From contig CAZEDO010000002.1 of the NCBI GenBank assembly GCA_964511085.1, positions 7,945 to 69,966 of the forward strand: 62,022 bases of DNA. The letters are read 5' to 3'. Below are positions 51,388 through 60,265 of the stretch, piece by piece. Made by a program: the position numbers and the translations under genes. The notes under the pieces were generated by a model. That model was not told the origin of the DNA. It did not search any database and was given only the letters and a program-made list of their open reading frames with translations. Source of the DNA: an uncultured Lentimicrobiaceae bacterium (GTDB taxonomy: Bacteria > Bacteroidota > Bacteroidia > Bacteroidales > DASVHX01). Each line of letters starts with the position of its first letter. The first letter of the stretch is position 1.

Positions 51388-52437
51388 TTAATCATTATCT
51401 TCCGTATAAATTCGGTTTTCCTGTTCGGAAACCCGTATAAAGGTTGTCCTCTTGCTGAGTTCTTTCAGCTGCGATGCACCTACATAGGTGCAGGTGCTAC
51501 GTATGCCACCCAATATGTCCGACAGGGTATTCTCTACCGGGCCACGGTAAGGCACTTCTACTGTTTTTCCTTCACTGGCACGGTATTCGGCAACTCCACC
51601 CATATGTTTATCCATTGCCGTTGTTGAACTCATCCCATAAAACTGCTTCACCTTTTTGCCCTGTTTTTCGATGAGTTCGCCACCGCTTTCGTCGTGTCCG
51701 GCTAACATGCCACCTAACATTACAAAATCGGCACCGGCACCAAAAGCCTTTGCAACATCTCCGGGCGTGGTGCATCCACCATCGCTGATAATCTGGCCTC
51801 CGAGTCCGTGAGCAGCATCGGCGCATTCAATAATGGCAGAAAGTTGCGGATAGCCGACACCGGTTTTAACACGCGTTGTACAAACCGATCCGGGACCTAT
51901 TCCCACTTTTATGATGTCGGCACCAGCCAGCAATAGTTCTTCAACCATTTCACCTGTTACAACATTGCCGGCGATGATCACTTTATCATGAAATTTTTTA
52001 CGTGTTTGCTTCACAAACGCAACAAAATGCTCGGAATAACCATTGGCAACGTCAATGCAGATAAACCGAAGCTGAGGATTGGCATTTAAAATTTTGGTTA
52101 TTGTATCAAAATCATACAACCCTGTGCCGGTACTGAGGGCAATATGATTTTCAATTCCTCTGGGTGCCTTTGTCATAAATTTATTCCATTCATCCACAGT
52201 ATAGTGTTTATGAACAGCCGTGAATAACTTCCTTTCATAGAGTGCCAGTGCCATTTCAAATGTGCCTACAGTATCCATGTTGGCTGCCATCACCGGTATT
52301 CCTGCCCATTCGGCATCGGTATGCTTCAACCTGAATGTGCGCTCCAGTTTTACCTGCGACCTGCTGCTCAAAGTAGAGCGCTTGGGCCTGAACATCACAT
52401 CTTTAAATCCTAACTTTATATCGTATTCTATTCTCAT
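51388..52437 (-). CDS. guaC: GMP reductase
   Basis: [52 protein letters not shown]. Confidence 0.96.
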   Translation of the reverse strand: MRIEYDIKLGFKDVMFRPKRSTLSSRSQVKLERTFRLKHTDAEWAGIPVMAANMDTVGTFEMALALYERKLFTAVHKHYTVDEWNKFMTKAPRGIENHIALSTGTGLYDFDTITKILNANPQLRFICIDVANGYSEHFVAFVKQTRKKFHDKVIIAGNVVTGEMVEELLLAGADIIKVGIGPGSVCTTRVKTGVGYPQLSAIIECADAAHGLGGQIISDGGCTTPGDVAKAFGAGADFVMLGGMLAGHDESGGELIEKQGKKVKQFYGMSSTTAMDKHMGGVAEYRASEGKTVEVPYRGPVENTLSDILGGIRSTCTYVGASQLKELSKRTTFIRVSEQENRIYTEDND

Positions 52438-52503
52438 TTGTTTTTTGGTTTAATCCGGTAAAGTTAAGGGTTTTGGCGTTTTTATTTTATTTTATTTCCT
52501 CCC

Positions 52504-52533
52504 TTGAAATTTGAAATTTGAGATTTGGAATTT
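52504..52533. repeat. Heptamer tandem array (TTGAAAT)x4
   Basis: ttgaaat ttgaaat ttgagat ttggaat. Confidence 0.6.
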
Positions 52534-52632
52534 CTCTTTTTAATAAATCACGAACCTATCCCACTCCCCGGATAACATGTTAGTTATAAACATGTAAAGA
52601 GTAATTTCTATCCTATATTCTCCATAAAAATT

Positions 52633-52776
52633 TCTCGCAAAGCCGCAAAGCCGCAAAGCCGCTAAGTACAAGTAATTGATTGAAAATATTTGATAAATTA
52701 AAAAGTATTTACAGAATGCATCCCTTATATTAAACTGTTCCAATTCAAAACTTTGCGTCTTTGCGTCTTTGCGAGA
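52633..52776. repeat. Inverted pair of 8-bp tandem arrays (CGCAAAGC / CTTTGCGT)
   Basis: tctcgcaaagccgcaaagccgcaaagccgctaag ... ctttgcgtctttgcgtctttgcgaga. Confidence 0.8.
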
Positions 52777-52827
52777 TGAATTATTCAGGCTATATTTGTC
52801 AGACAATTGCATCAAAATAACAAAATC

Positions 52828-54324
52828 ATGAAACAGAGGCTTTACTTCCTGCTTACAGTAAGCTACTTATCCGCCTTTTCCGGATTTTCAGCCATAGCGC
52901 GCCTGGTGGATTACCAACAAGCTAAAACGGCGGCATCCAATAAATTAATCTCCCTTCAGAAATCTGAATGGTTCAATATTAATGACCATGAAAACCGGTT
53001 TATCGATTCTGGCGGAAATTCTTTGTTTTATATTTTTGAACTGAATCCCGCCGGCTATATGGCTGTAAGCGCTGATAACGATTTACCACCAGTGATTGCC
53101 TATTCCTTTACAAATGGCGCAGGTGTTCTGGATAATGAAGCCAATACACTTATCCGTATGCTCAAAGCAGATCTGACTTTGCGCTTACATAATATTCACA
53201 ACCTGCCTCCGAATATAATTGAAGATCGGAGGAATGATTGGGAAGCTTTGCTGGCAAGTAATTCCTATAAAAAACCTTTGCAGCAATGGCCACCCGAAGG
53301 CTCCACGGCTACCGGCGGCTGGATAGAAACCAACTGGACGCAGGATGGAATTTACGATGATATGTGCCCTATGGATCCAATAACAAACCAAAGAAGTTTT
53401 GCAGGTTGCCCGGCAACTGCCATGGCGCAAATCCTGAATTATTACAAAACCACCAATGGCACTCAGTTTACTGATGAGGATGACTATTATCACCAGTATG
53501 CAGGAAGAAATTACTGGATCGACAATGATTATGCAGCAAGGGATTTTCCCTCCTTTCCTGAATTAAATGCCCATCTCGATACTGTTAATTCATGTTATGC
53601 CGGTAACGGCGTACTAAAAAACCCGGGCAAGGCAGCACTTACTTTTGCCTGTGGGGTAGCCGCCCACCAGGTTTATTCCTCCCAGGGTTCAGGCACATTT
53701 GGGGTTAGCCAGGCAGTTGACTCTTATCTGCGCTTCGGGTTTTCGGAGATTACTTTTCTTGGAAACACGAATCTCACGCTTTACGATGCCCTATCGCTGA
53801 ACATGAAGGATGCGAGGCCTGCCCATCTCGCTATTGTTGATCCGGGATGGACTACGGGCCACAACGTTGTGGTGGACGGATACAACACTGATGATTACTT
53901 TCACCTCAATTTTGGCTGGGGTGGGGCTTACAACGGTTGGTATCTCCTGCCCGACGAAATACCTTACGGACTCACCGTTATTGAAGGCCTTATCGCGGAT
54001 ATTGCATTTCCACCAACGCATACCGGCATCAGTAATTCCCTACCCGAAAACCAGGATTTGCAGTTCAGCATTTATCCCAATCCAACTACTGACAGGTTGA
54101 CTGTTGCTTTTACCGCAAACAAGGCAACAACCTTTAAGATTGATATTTATGATTTAATGGGCACGCTGCTCATTTCAATCCCCGGTAAGCAGGTTGGGGC
54201 AGGTTCAAATACTGAAACTATTGGTATTCCTGAGAAAGAAATACCAAAATTGGAAAAAGGATTGTATTTGTGCAAACTCCGTACTGATGAAAAAGTGATT
54301 ACAAGGAGTTTTATTGTTCAATAA
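52828..54324 (+). CDS. C10 family (SpeB/streptopain-like) cysteine peptidase with pro-domain and T9SS CTD
   Basis: VSAD...PVIAYS pro-domain; W.Q, AGCPATAMAQ (Cys), GHNVVVDGY (His), HLNFGWGG; IYPNP CTD. Confidence 0.92.
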   Translation: MKQRLYFLLTVSYLSAFSGFSAIARLVDYQQAKTAASNKLISLQKSEWFNINDHENRFIDSGGNSLFYIFELNPAGYMAVSADNDLPPVIAYSFTNGAGVLDNEANTLIRMLKADLTLRLHNIHNLPPNIIEDRRNDWEALLASNSYKKPLQQWPPEGSTATGGWIETNWTQDGIYDDMCPMDPITNQRSFAGCPATAMAQILNYYKTTNGTQFTDEDDYYHQYAGRNYWIDNDYAARDFPSFPELNAHLDTVNSCYAGNGVLKNPGKAALTFACGVAAHQVYSSQGSGTFGVSQAVDSYLRFGFSEITFLGNTNLTLYDALSLNMKDARPAHLAIVDPGWTTGHNVVVDGYNTDDYFHLNFGWGGAYNGWYLLPDEIPYGLTVIEGLIADIAFPPTHTGISNSLPENQDLQFSIYPNPTTDRLTVAFTANKATTFKIDIYDLMGTLLISIPGKQVGAGSNTETIGIPEKEIPKLEKGLYLCKLRTDEKVITRSFIVQ

Positions 54325-54397
54325 TAGCTTGTTATTAGTCTGTTTATAATTCACATTTCGGCACTTCGACAAACTCAGTACTTAGGGTAAAAATAGC

Positions 54398-55381
54398 CTA
54401 AATATCCTTAACGCAGCGAACAGAAAAGCCAGCCACCTCACTGATGATGTTGTAACCAAAATCACCGTCATTGTAGTCCAGGTGCCGGTACCAGGCGATA
54501 CTCGTATAGTGCTCAGAAGAACTCCACCAGAAGCCGTAGTTGCCAATGTAGTGGAATGTACCATCGTAGTAACGATAGCCACCTGGAAGGGCAGTAAAAC
54601 CGCTCACATTCGTAGCGGCTTCATTTGGGCTATACCAATGCGTTGTTCCTGTTTCTTTCAATTTGCCACCGGCTATCTCATAACCCCCTAAATTATCAGT
54701 TAAAGTATTCCATTCAACAACGGTGGCTACATGCCAGCCGGAAGGAGCTAACTTGCGGCTATCGTTTAATGCGTACCAATTGTACAACCTGCCGTAAGTA
54801 GCAATCGCATCGCTGTTGCTTGTGTTATTGTAATTGCAGTATGCACCGGTGGTCAAATTGCCCCATATCATGCCGTCTGTTACTTCGGGTATTGCAGAGC
54901 CATCGCAGTATTTGGTAGTGCGCAGGTTTTCGGCCATCCATGTTTGCAGGCCAATGGTAATAGTTTTATATACATTTCCATCAATATCAGTTACTGTTCC
55001 ATAGCTTAAGTTGGGATTAAAAATAATGACATTCCAGGATGAAACATTTACATTAATCTTCACCGTTTTACTTATGGAATTGTAGGCTGCGGCATCCGTG
55101 GGAGTAAAGACCACTTTTAAATCCTGGTTTGTACCTACATTAAGTATTGTTCCTGATGCAGGTGTGTAAATAAAGCTCCCAGGCACATTGGCAGTAGCAT
55201 TTAATTGGGTGGCGCTTAACAATGTTCCATAACCGATGTCAGCAGGATTTGCCCAGGTTATTACTGGGTCTGTTTTTGATAAGGATGGTGTTGTGTCGTC
55301 TTTCTTGCAACTGCTTGCAAGCATTAATAAAACTAACATTAGCATTAACGTGTAAATGAAAATTCTGGTTTTGTTTTTCAT
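54398..55381 (-). CDS. FISUMP-domain surface lipoprotein with Ig-like stalk; candidate DGR target
   Basis: Lipobox LASSC-KKDD; PVITWANPADI.YGT.LSATQLNA domain; WMAENL, YGRLYNW, FWWSSSE, GFSVRC at the C-terminus. Confidence 0.9.
   Translation of the reverse strand: MKNKTRIFIYTLMLMLVLLMLASSCKKDDTTPSLSKTDPVITWANPADIGYGTLLSATQLNATANVPGSFIYTPASGTILNVGTNQDLKVVFTPTDAAAYNSISKTVKINVNVSSWNVIIFNPNLSYGTVTDIDGNVYKTITIGLQTWMAENLRTTKYCDGSAIPEVTDGMIWGNLTTGAYCNYNNTSNSDAIATYGRLYNWYALNDSRKLAPSGWHVATVVEWNTLTDNLGGYEIAGGKLKETGTTHWYSPNEAATNVSGFTALPGGYRYYDGTFHYIGNYGFWWSSSEHYTSIAWYRHLDYNDGDFGYNIISEVAGFSVRCVKDI
54401..54577 (-). other. Putative DGR variable repeat (VR)
   Basis: Only 1 of 59 codons ends in A; conserved residues use A-free codons and variable positions are NNC/NNT. 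Confidence 0.65.
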
Positions 55382-55707
55382 GATAAATTGATTTGAAGGA
55401 TGATACACATTTATTTGTTCGTTGCAATTTTCGGCTGCAATTGAATGTAAACTCGTCTCCAAATGGAACAATCACACAAAATAGAATCAAATATATGAAA
55501 TAAATTCACATACCAAAAAGAGCCTAGGCATAGTCCCTGTTGCGCGAATACTGTGTCGGAGTTTTTTTTGAAATAGAGGCCACAATACTTATATAATTCA
55601 AAATATAAATTCAGCTGGCTAATAACCGACATATGTCATATGCTAAATATTACGTATTTTTGTTTATGGTATAAATATTAATCTAACTAATTTAAAAACA
55701 CACTCCT

Positions 55708-56973
55708 ATGAAAAAACTGACACTTCTTTCAAGCTTGCTATTTATCGCTATGCTGGCTTCTGCCCAATGGACAGAGGTACAGATAGGCAACAGCAATTCG
55801 CCAATTAGTTGTTTGTTTGCGGATAATACAAGCCTCGTTGTTGGCACAGCCGGCGACGGCCTGTTCAGAACATTGGATAATGGATCCAATTTTACTGACA
55901 TCAGCGGAAATATTGGAAATAAAATCATTAACTGCCTTGCTGGAACCACACCTATTCTGCTTGTCGGCACACAAAACGGGGCGTTTTTAACAGTGGATCT
56001 TGCAAACTACATGGATTGTACTTCTACCGGTCTTTCAAGTACTGATGTCACTTTTTATGGCCTTGGGAGCAAACAAGCCGGTGGTAACTTTTATATCATT
56101 GGTACCAATGGCGGAGGAATTTTTACTTCTGCAAACCCAAGTGGGCCCTGGAGCGATGGAAATTCAGGCATCACCGGTAATGGTCTTTTTATCAACAGTC
56201 TGAATGGGTATCACGACCCTGCAAATGTTTCCTATGCTATACTGGCAACCAATGGAGGCGTGTATTTCTCCTATGATGATTGTGCAACCTGGACGCAGAA
56301 GAATAATGGGCTTACCGGTGATGCACTGGTTGTTACTGAAGCTTATGCACTAGGCGCTATCGCTCTTATTGCCACACATGCAGGTATGTACTATTCCCAG
56401 GATTTTGGTGATACATGGACTACATTAATTCCTGATCTGAAAATTAATAAAATGCTTGTGACCACGGGGGTGTCAAACCCGGTGTTTTTCATTTTTGGTG
56501 AAAGTAATTTATATTCAATGGATCTTCAAAACTGGCAAACTATCGCTCTGGATGGATATGCAGGCGGAGAAATAACAGAAGCTGCAGTTAATGCAGACTT
56601 TGTTTTTGTTGCAGGGGCAAATCAGGGCCGCGATGCAAATGCAGGTGGCGTTCTGTATAAAGCTCCGTATAACACAATTGTTGGTATTGACGAACATAAA
56701 GGTATGTTACATGCAGAACTTAGCCAAAATGAACCAAACCCTTTCAGCAAGGAAACAATAATTCATTATAATCTGAAAGCTGACGGCATGGTTGCGATCG
56801 GCGTGTTTGACTTGCAGGGCCGAAAAGTAAAAAATCTGATCAACAGGTTTCAATTAAAAGGGGAACACAATACGACATTTGATGCCGGCAATTTGCCGGA
56901 AGGTATTTATTATTACAAATTATCGGTTGGTAACGAAGTGGTTGCTACAAAAAAAATGGTTGTTGTAAAATAG
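55708..56973 (+). CDS. Beta-propeller (BNR/WD40-like) protein with T9SS CTD
   Basis: Repeated GT..G.F.S.D.G.TW motifs; LSQNEPNPF...GIYYYKL...TKKMVVVK. Confidence 0.85.
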   Translation: MKKLTLLSSLLFIAMLASAQWTEVQIGNSNSPISCLFADNTSLVVGTAGDGLFRTLDNGSNFTDISGNIGNKIINCLAGTTPILLVGTQNGAFLTVDLANYMDCTSTGLSSTDVTFYGLGSKQAGGNFYIIGTNGGGIFTSANPSGPWSDGNSGITGNGLFINSLNGYHDPANVSYAILATNGGVYFSYDDCATWTQKNNGLTGDALVVTEAYALGAIALIATHAGMYYSQDFGDTWTTLIPDLKINKMLVTTGVSNPVFFIFGESNLYSMDLQNWQTIALDGYAGGEITEAAVNADFVFVAGANQGRDANAGGVLYKAPYNTIVGIDEHKGMLHAELSQNEPNPFSKETIIHYNLKADGMVAIGVFDLQGRKVKNLINRFQLKGEHNTTFDAGNLPEGIYYYKLSVGNEVVATKKMVVVK

Positions 56974-57054
56974 AGAACAGACTATTTTAAAATCAGGTGA
57001 AATATATTTTTAAGTTCAGAATATAGCACCGAAGATTAAAATGCAGAAATTACA

Positions 57055-57161
57055 AACAGGGCAAGGCAACTAAACAATTTTGAAGTGGCATACAATATTG
57101 AGCTTGTAAAAGAGTTATTAACACATATCACAAAACTTCAGTGTAATTGCCTTGCCCTGTT
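57055..57161. repeat. 15-bp perfect inverted repeat bounding a ~107-bp element
   Basis: aacagggcaaggcaa (57055-57069) / ttgccttgccctgtt (57147-57161). Confidence 0.7.
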
Positions 57162-57373
57162 AATTCAGGAATGAAATATATTTGATTATATTGAACAGGA
57201 TAAATGCCTCATTACGTTCTTGCTAAAATCACTTAACCTTTATAAAACCAGATCATATTTGATAAATTGTACGCGAAATAACACTCTCAAAAAGTTATTT
57301 TATTGTTCTTAGAACAAAGACTGAACACCTGCTTTGTACTAAGAGATTTCATTCACAATTTAAACAAAACAGT

Positions 57374-57463
57374 ATGAAAACGGACAAAATTCTAATAGGC
57401 CTGGCAGTATTCTCAGTTTTATTGATACTATCAATAATTTCATTTTCTGTAATTGCCGGATAA
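57374..57463 (+). CDS. Putative 29-aa single-TM small protein
   Basis: MKTDKILIGLAVFSVLLILSIISFSVIAG* after an A-rich leader. Confidence 0.45.
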   Translation: MKTDKILIGLAVFSVLLILSIISFSVIAG

Positions 57464-57694
57464 GAAAAGATATCCAGAATCTTTAAGATGTTACATTCCG
57501 TAAACCATGGAATTCAATTCTACATTCCTGGTCATTACCGAAACGTATCACACCTGCCAACTCTAAAACCTATAATCAATTTAGCGTAACCAATAGGATA
57601 GCATGCGGGAGTATTGCTGGCGGTTACTTAATCTGAAAGGTTTTAACACATACAATGGGTTGAAATCCAAACCTCTATTATAAATTATTTATTC

Positions 57695-57742
57695 TACAAC
57701 TATAATATTAGTTGATTAACTAATATTATAGTTGTATATTTG
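57695..57742 (+). promoter_or_regulatory. 42-bp palindromic operator overlapping the -7 promoter box
   Basis: tacaactataatattagtt-gatt-aactaatattatagttgta, then TATATTTG at 57735-57742. Confidence 0.8.
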
Positions 57743-57790
57743 CAATACAATTGAATGCTAAACGTACATTAAAGAACTGGGAAGACTATA

Positions 57791-58699
57791 ATGAAGTCGA
57801 AATTCATTCCTATTTGTCTGATAGTTTTGTTCATGGCAGGCATGTTCTCATTACCGGCATGGAATAACCTGAGAGCCCAAACCAACGCTTTTTGTAAAAA
57901 AACCGGCAACTACATTGAAGTAGTAAAGCTCAAAGAGAATGTAATCATAGTAAAACTGGGATCTGATGTAATAACGGCCATAGCCACGCGCAAAGGTATT
58001 GTTGTAATTGATGCCGGAATTTCAAATTCGTTAACTTCAAATTATCGCAGTATAATTGAGAAGGAATTTAAAAGAAATGATTTCGCTTACCTCATAAATA
58101 CACATTCGCATCCTGATCATACAGGTGGCAACCAAATGTTTTCTGATGCTATAATTATCGGTCACGAAAATTGCGCGATAGAAATGTCAGAATATTGGAA
58201 AGATCGTGAAAAGGTAAAGTCAGATTGGATAAAAACCATCAATCAATATACTCAAAACCTTGATACGCTAAATACTTACTCAAGAGACTATAAAGAATTA
58301 ATGTGCCAGAAAATACGTTATGAGAGTGCTTATAATGATTTAGCTAACGGTTTCTGCATTACACCACCAACTTTAACCTTCAATGATAGCCTCACTATTG
58401 ATATGGGTGATGCAAAACTGAATTTATATTTTTTCGGGAGAGCGCATTCGGGGAGTGACATTATTATTCATATTCCGGAATTGAAAATCCTGATGACCGG
58501 GGACCTATTCTCCCGCTACGGAAGGTTGAGTATGGCTGATAGCGAAAAAAGAGATACTGAAAGATGGTTAAAAGTTGTGAAATGGATTGAGAACCGCTGG
58601 ACAAATATTGATCTGATTATCGGAGGACATGGACAAATAATGCATAAGGAAGATATTCAGGCATTCAATAAAAATATCAGGAAATATGCAGATAAGTAA
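57791..58699 (+). CDS. Exported MBL-fold metallo-hydrolase
   Basis: VVIDAG, THSHPDHTGGN, AHSGSD, MTGD, GGHG. Confidence 0.9.
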   Translation: MKSKFIPICLIVLFMAGMFSLPAWNNLRAQTNAFCKKTGNYIEVVKLKENVIIVKLGSDVITAIATRKGIVVIDAGISNSLTSNYRSIIEKEFKRNDFAYLINTHSHPDHTGGNQMFSDAIIIGHENCAIEMSEYWKDREKVKSDWIKTINQYTQNLDTLNTYSRDYKELMCQKIRYESAYNDLANGFCITPPTLTFNDSLTIDMGDAKLNLYFFGRAHSGSDIIIHIPELKILMTGDLFSRYGRLSMADSEKRDTERWLKVVKWIENRWTNIDLIIGGHGQIMHKEDIQAFNKNIRKYADK

Positions 58700-58732
58700 T
58701 GCGTTCCACTATATCAAAAGTGAGTTAATCCT

Positions 58733-60076
58733 ATGAACAGACTTCTGGTAATAATCGTTTCATTGATTCTATTTATCCCGGACATAATCAATGCGCAGGA
58801 CAAGGAACCGGAAAAAAAACTGAGTTCCTTTATGGAATCCTGCCAGTACAGCCAGGCGATTGCTCTTGCTGACCGTTATCTCGCTCAGGACAGTACCAAT
58901 GTCAATCTGTACGTGCTTAAAGGAAGAGCTTTGGCAGCCTGTTTCCAATTTAAAGAGGCTATCGCAGCCCTGCTTAAAGCACAAAAATCAGACAGCACAA
59001 ATATCAAAGTGCTCAATGAACTGGTTAATGTTTATAAACAAGCTGGTGATGACGGAAATGCCATTGCCACCAGCTTTAAAATTACACAGTTGGTTCCCGA
59101 CAACCGGTATTTCAGCCTGCAACTTGCTAATCTGTTCTTTTCGGAAAACGAGTACAGGCAAGCTATACAAGTACTCTTGCCACTTTTTAAAGCTGATTCT
59201 GCGTATTATTATGTAGTAAAACAACTGGCACTGTCCTTTGATGAACTGAAGCGTTCCGATTCGGCGGAACTATTTTACAAACGGGCATTGGGAATCAATC
59301 CCTTCGACCCAATTGTGACCGGCAAACTCGCCAACCTGTACATCCGCCAGAAAAAAACAGACAAAGCCCTTGCCCTCACAGGAAATTACATTAAACAGGA
59401 CTCAACTAACATCCCGATCCTCAAACAAAACGCGTACTGCAGCTATTTTATCTCTGATTTCCGTGCATCTGTAAAGCAATTCCGCAAATGCCAGGCGTTG
59501 GGCGACGCGTCGAAATTCACTTATAAGTTCCTGGGCCTGTCCTACTACCGCCAGGAAAAATATGATACAGCAGCACCTTTTTTCAGGGCAGCTTTTAGCA
59601 AAGATACCACCGATGCCGAAGTATGTTTCTATTATGGAGTATGTGAATCCCGCTCGTTTGGTATCGACACAAGCCTGGTTTATCTAAACAGGACGCTGCG
59701 TTTACTTATGCCTTCTGCCCCCTTCCTTTCAACCCTGTACACTGAGATCGCCAATGCTTATACCAGCTTTTCGCATCCTGATACGGCTATCGTTTTATTT
59801 CAAAAAGCTCTGGAAGCGAATCCCCGGAATAACACCCTCAGGTTCAAAATTGCCTACCAGTTCGACTTTTACCTTCATAAGCCAAATGAAGCCTTGCCGT
59901 ATTACAGGGAATACCTGAAAATCGCCGAATTGCTTAAGGAATCAGGGGCTATCATGCCAACACCCGTTGCAGGTGTTGCACAAAATGAGAACGGTGATTT
60001 CGCCTACTCATACGGTGACTATGCCAAAAACAGGATTGAGAAAATCTCCGGGGCAAAAAAGAAGGTGGACAATTAA
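58733..60076 (+). CDS. Exported tetratricopeptide repeat protein
   Basis: Signal peptide; multiple 34-aa TPR-like units. Confidence 0.88.
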   Translation: MNRLLVIIVSLILFIPDIINAQDKEPEKKLSSFMESCQYSQAIALADRYLAQDSTNVNLYVLKGRALAACFQFKEAIAALLKAQKSDSTNIKVLNELVNVYKQAGDDGNAIATSFKITQLVPDNRYFSLQLANLFFSENEYRQAIQVLLPLFKADSAYYYVVKQLALSFDELKRSDSAELFYKRALGINPFDPIVTGKLANLYIRQKKTDKALALTGNYIKQDSTNIPILKQNAYCSYFISDFRASVKQFRKCQALGDASKFTYKFLGLSYYRQEKYDTAAPFFRAAFSKDTTDAEVCFYYGVCESRSFGIDTSLVYLNRTLRLLMPSAPFLSTLYTEIANAYTSFSHPDTAIVLFQKALEANPRNNTLRFKIAYQFDFYLHKPNEALPYYREYLKIAELLKESGAIMPTPVAGVAQNENGDFAYSYGDYAKNRIEKISGAKKKVDN

Positions 60077-60265
60077 CAGTATTTGCTTTTCTAAACAGGT
60101 GGGAAATACTTGCTGATCAATACATTTAGTTGTATTGTAATTCATACCTGAGTTTCGCTTTTCTTTGCCAATTAAGCTAATTGGTTAACTTTGCTGAAAC
60201 GGTGAAATAGCTAATTTCGCTTTTGCAATCCATTATTCCTTCGCTGTTAACACCATATTATCCGG

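Noticed and set aside
52540-52815. 91-aa minus-strand ORF
   Set aside because: Its sequence (SRKDAKTQS, AALRLCGFAR) is a translation of the 8-bp repeat arrays
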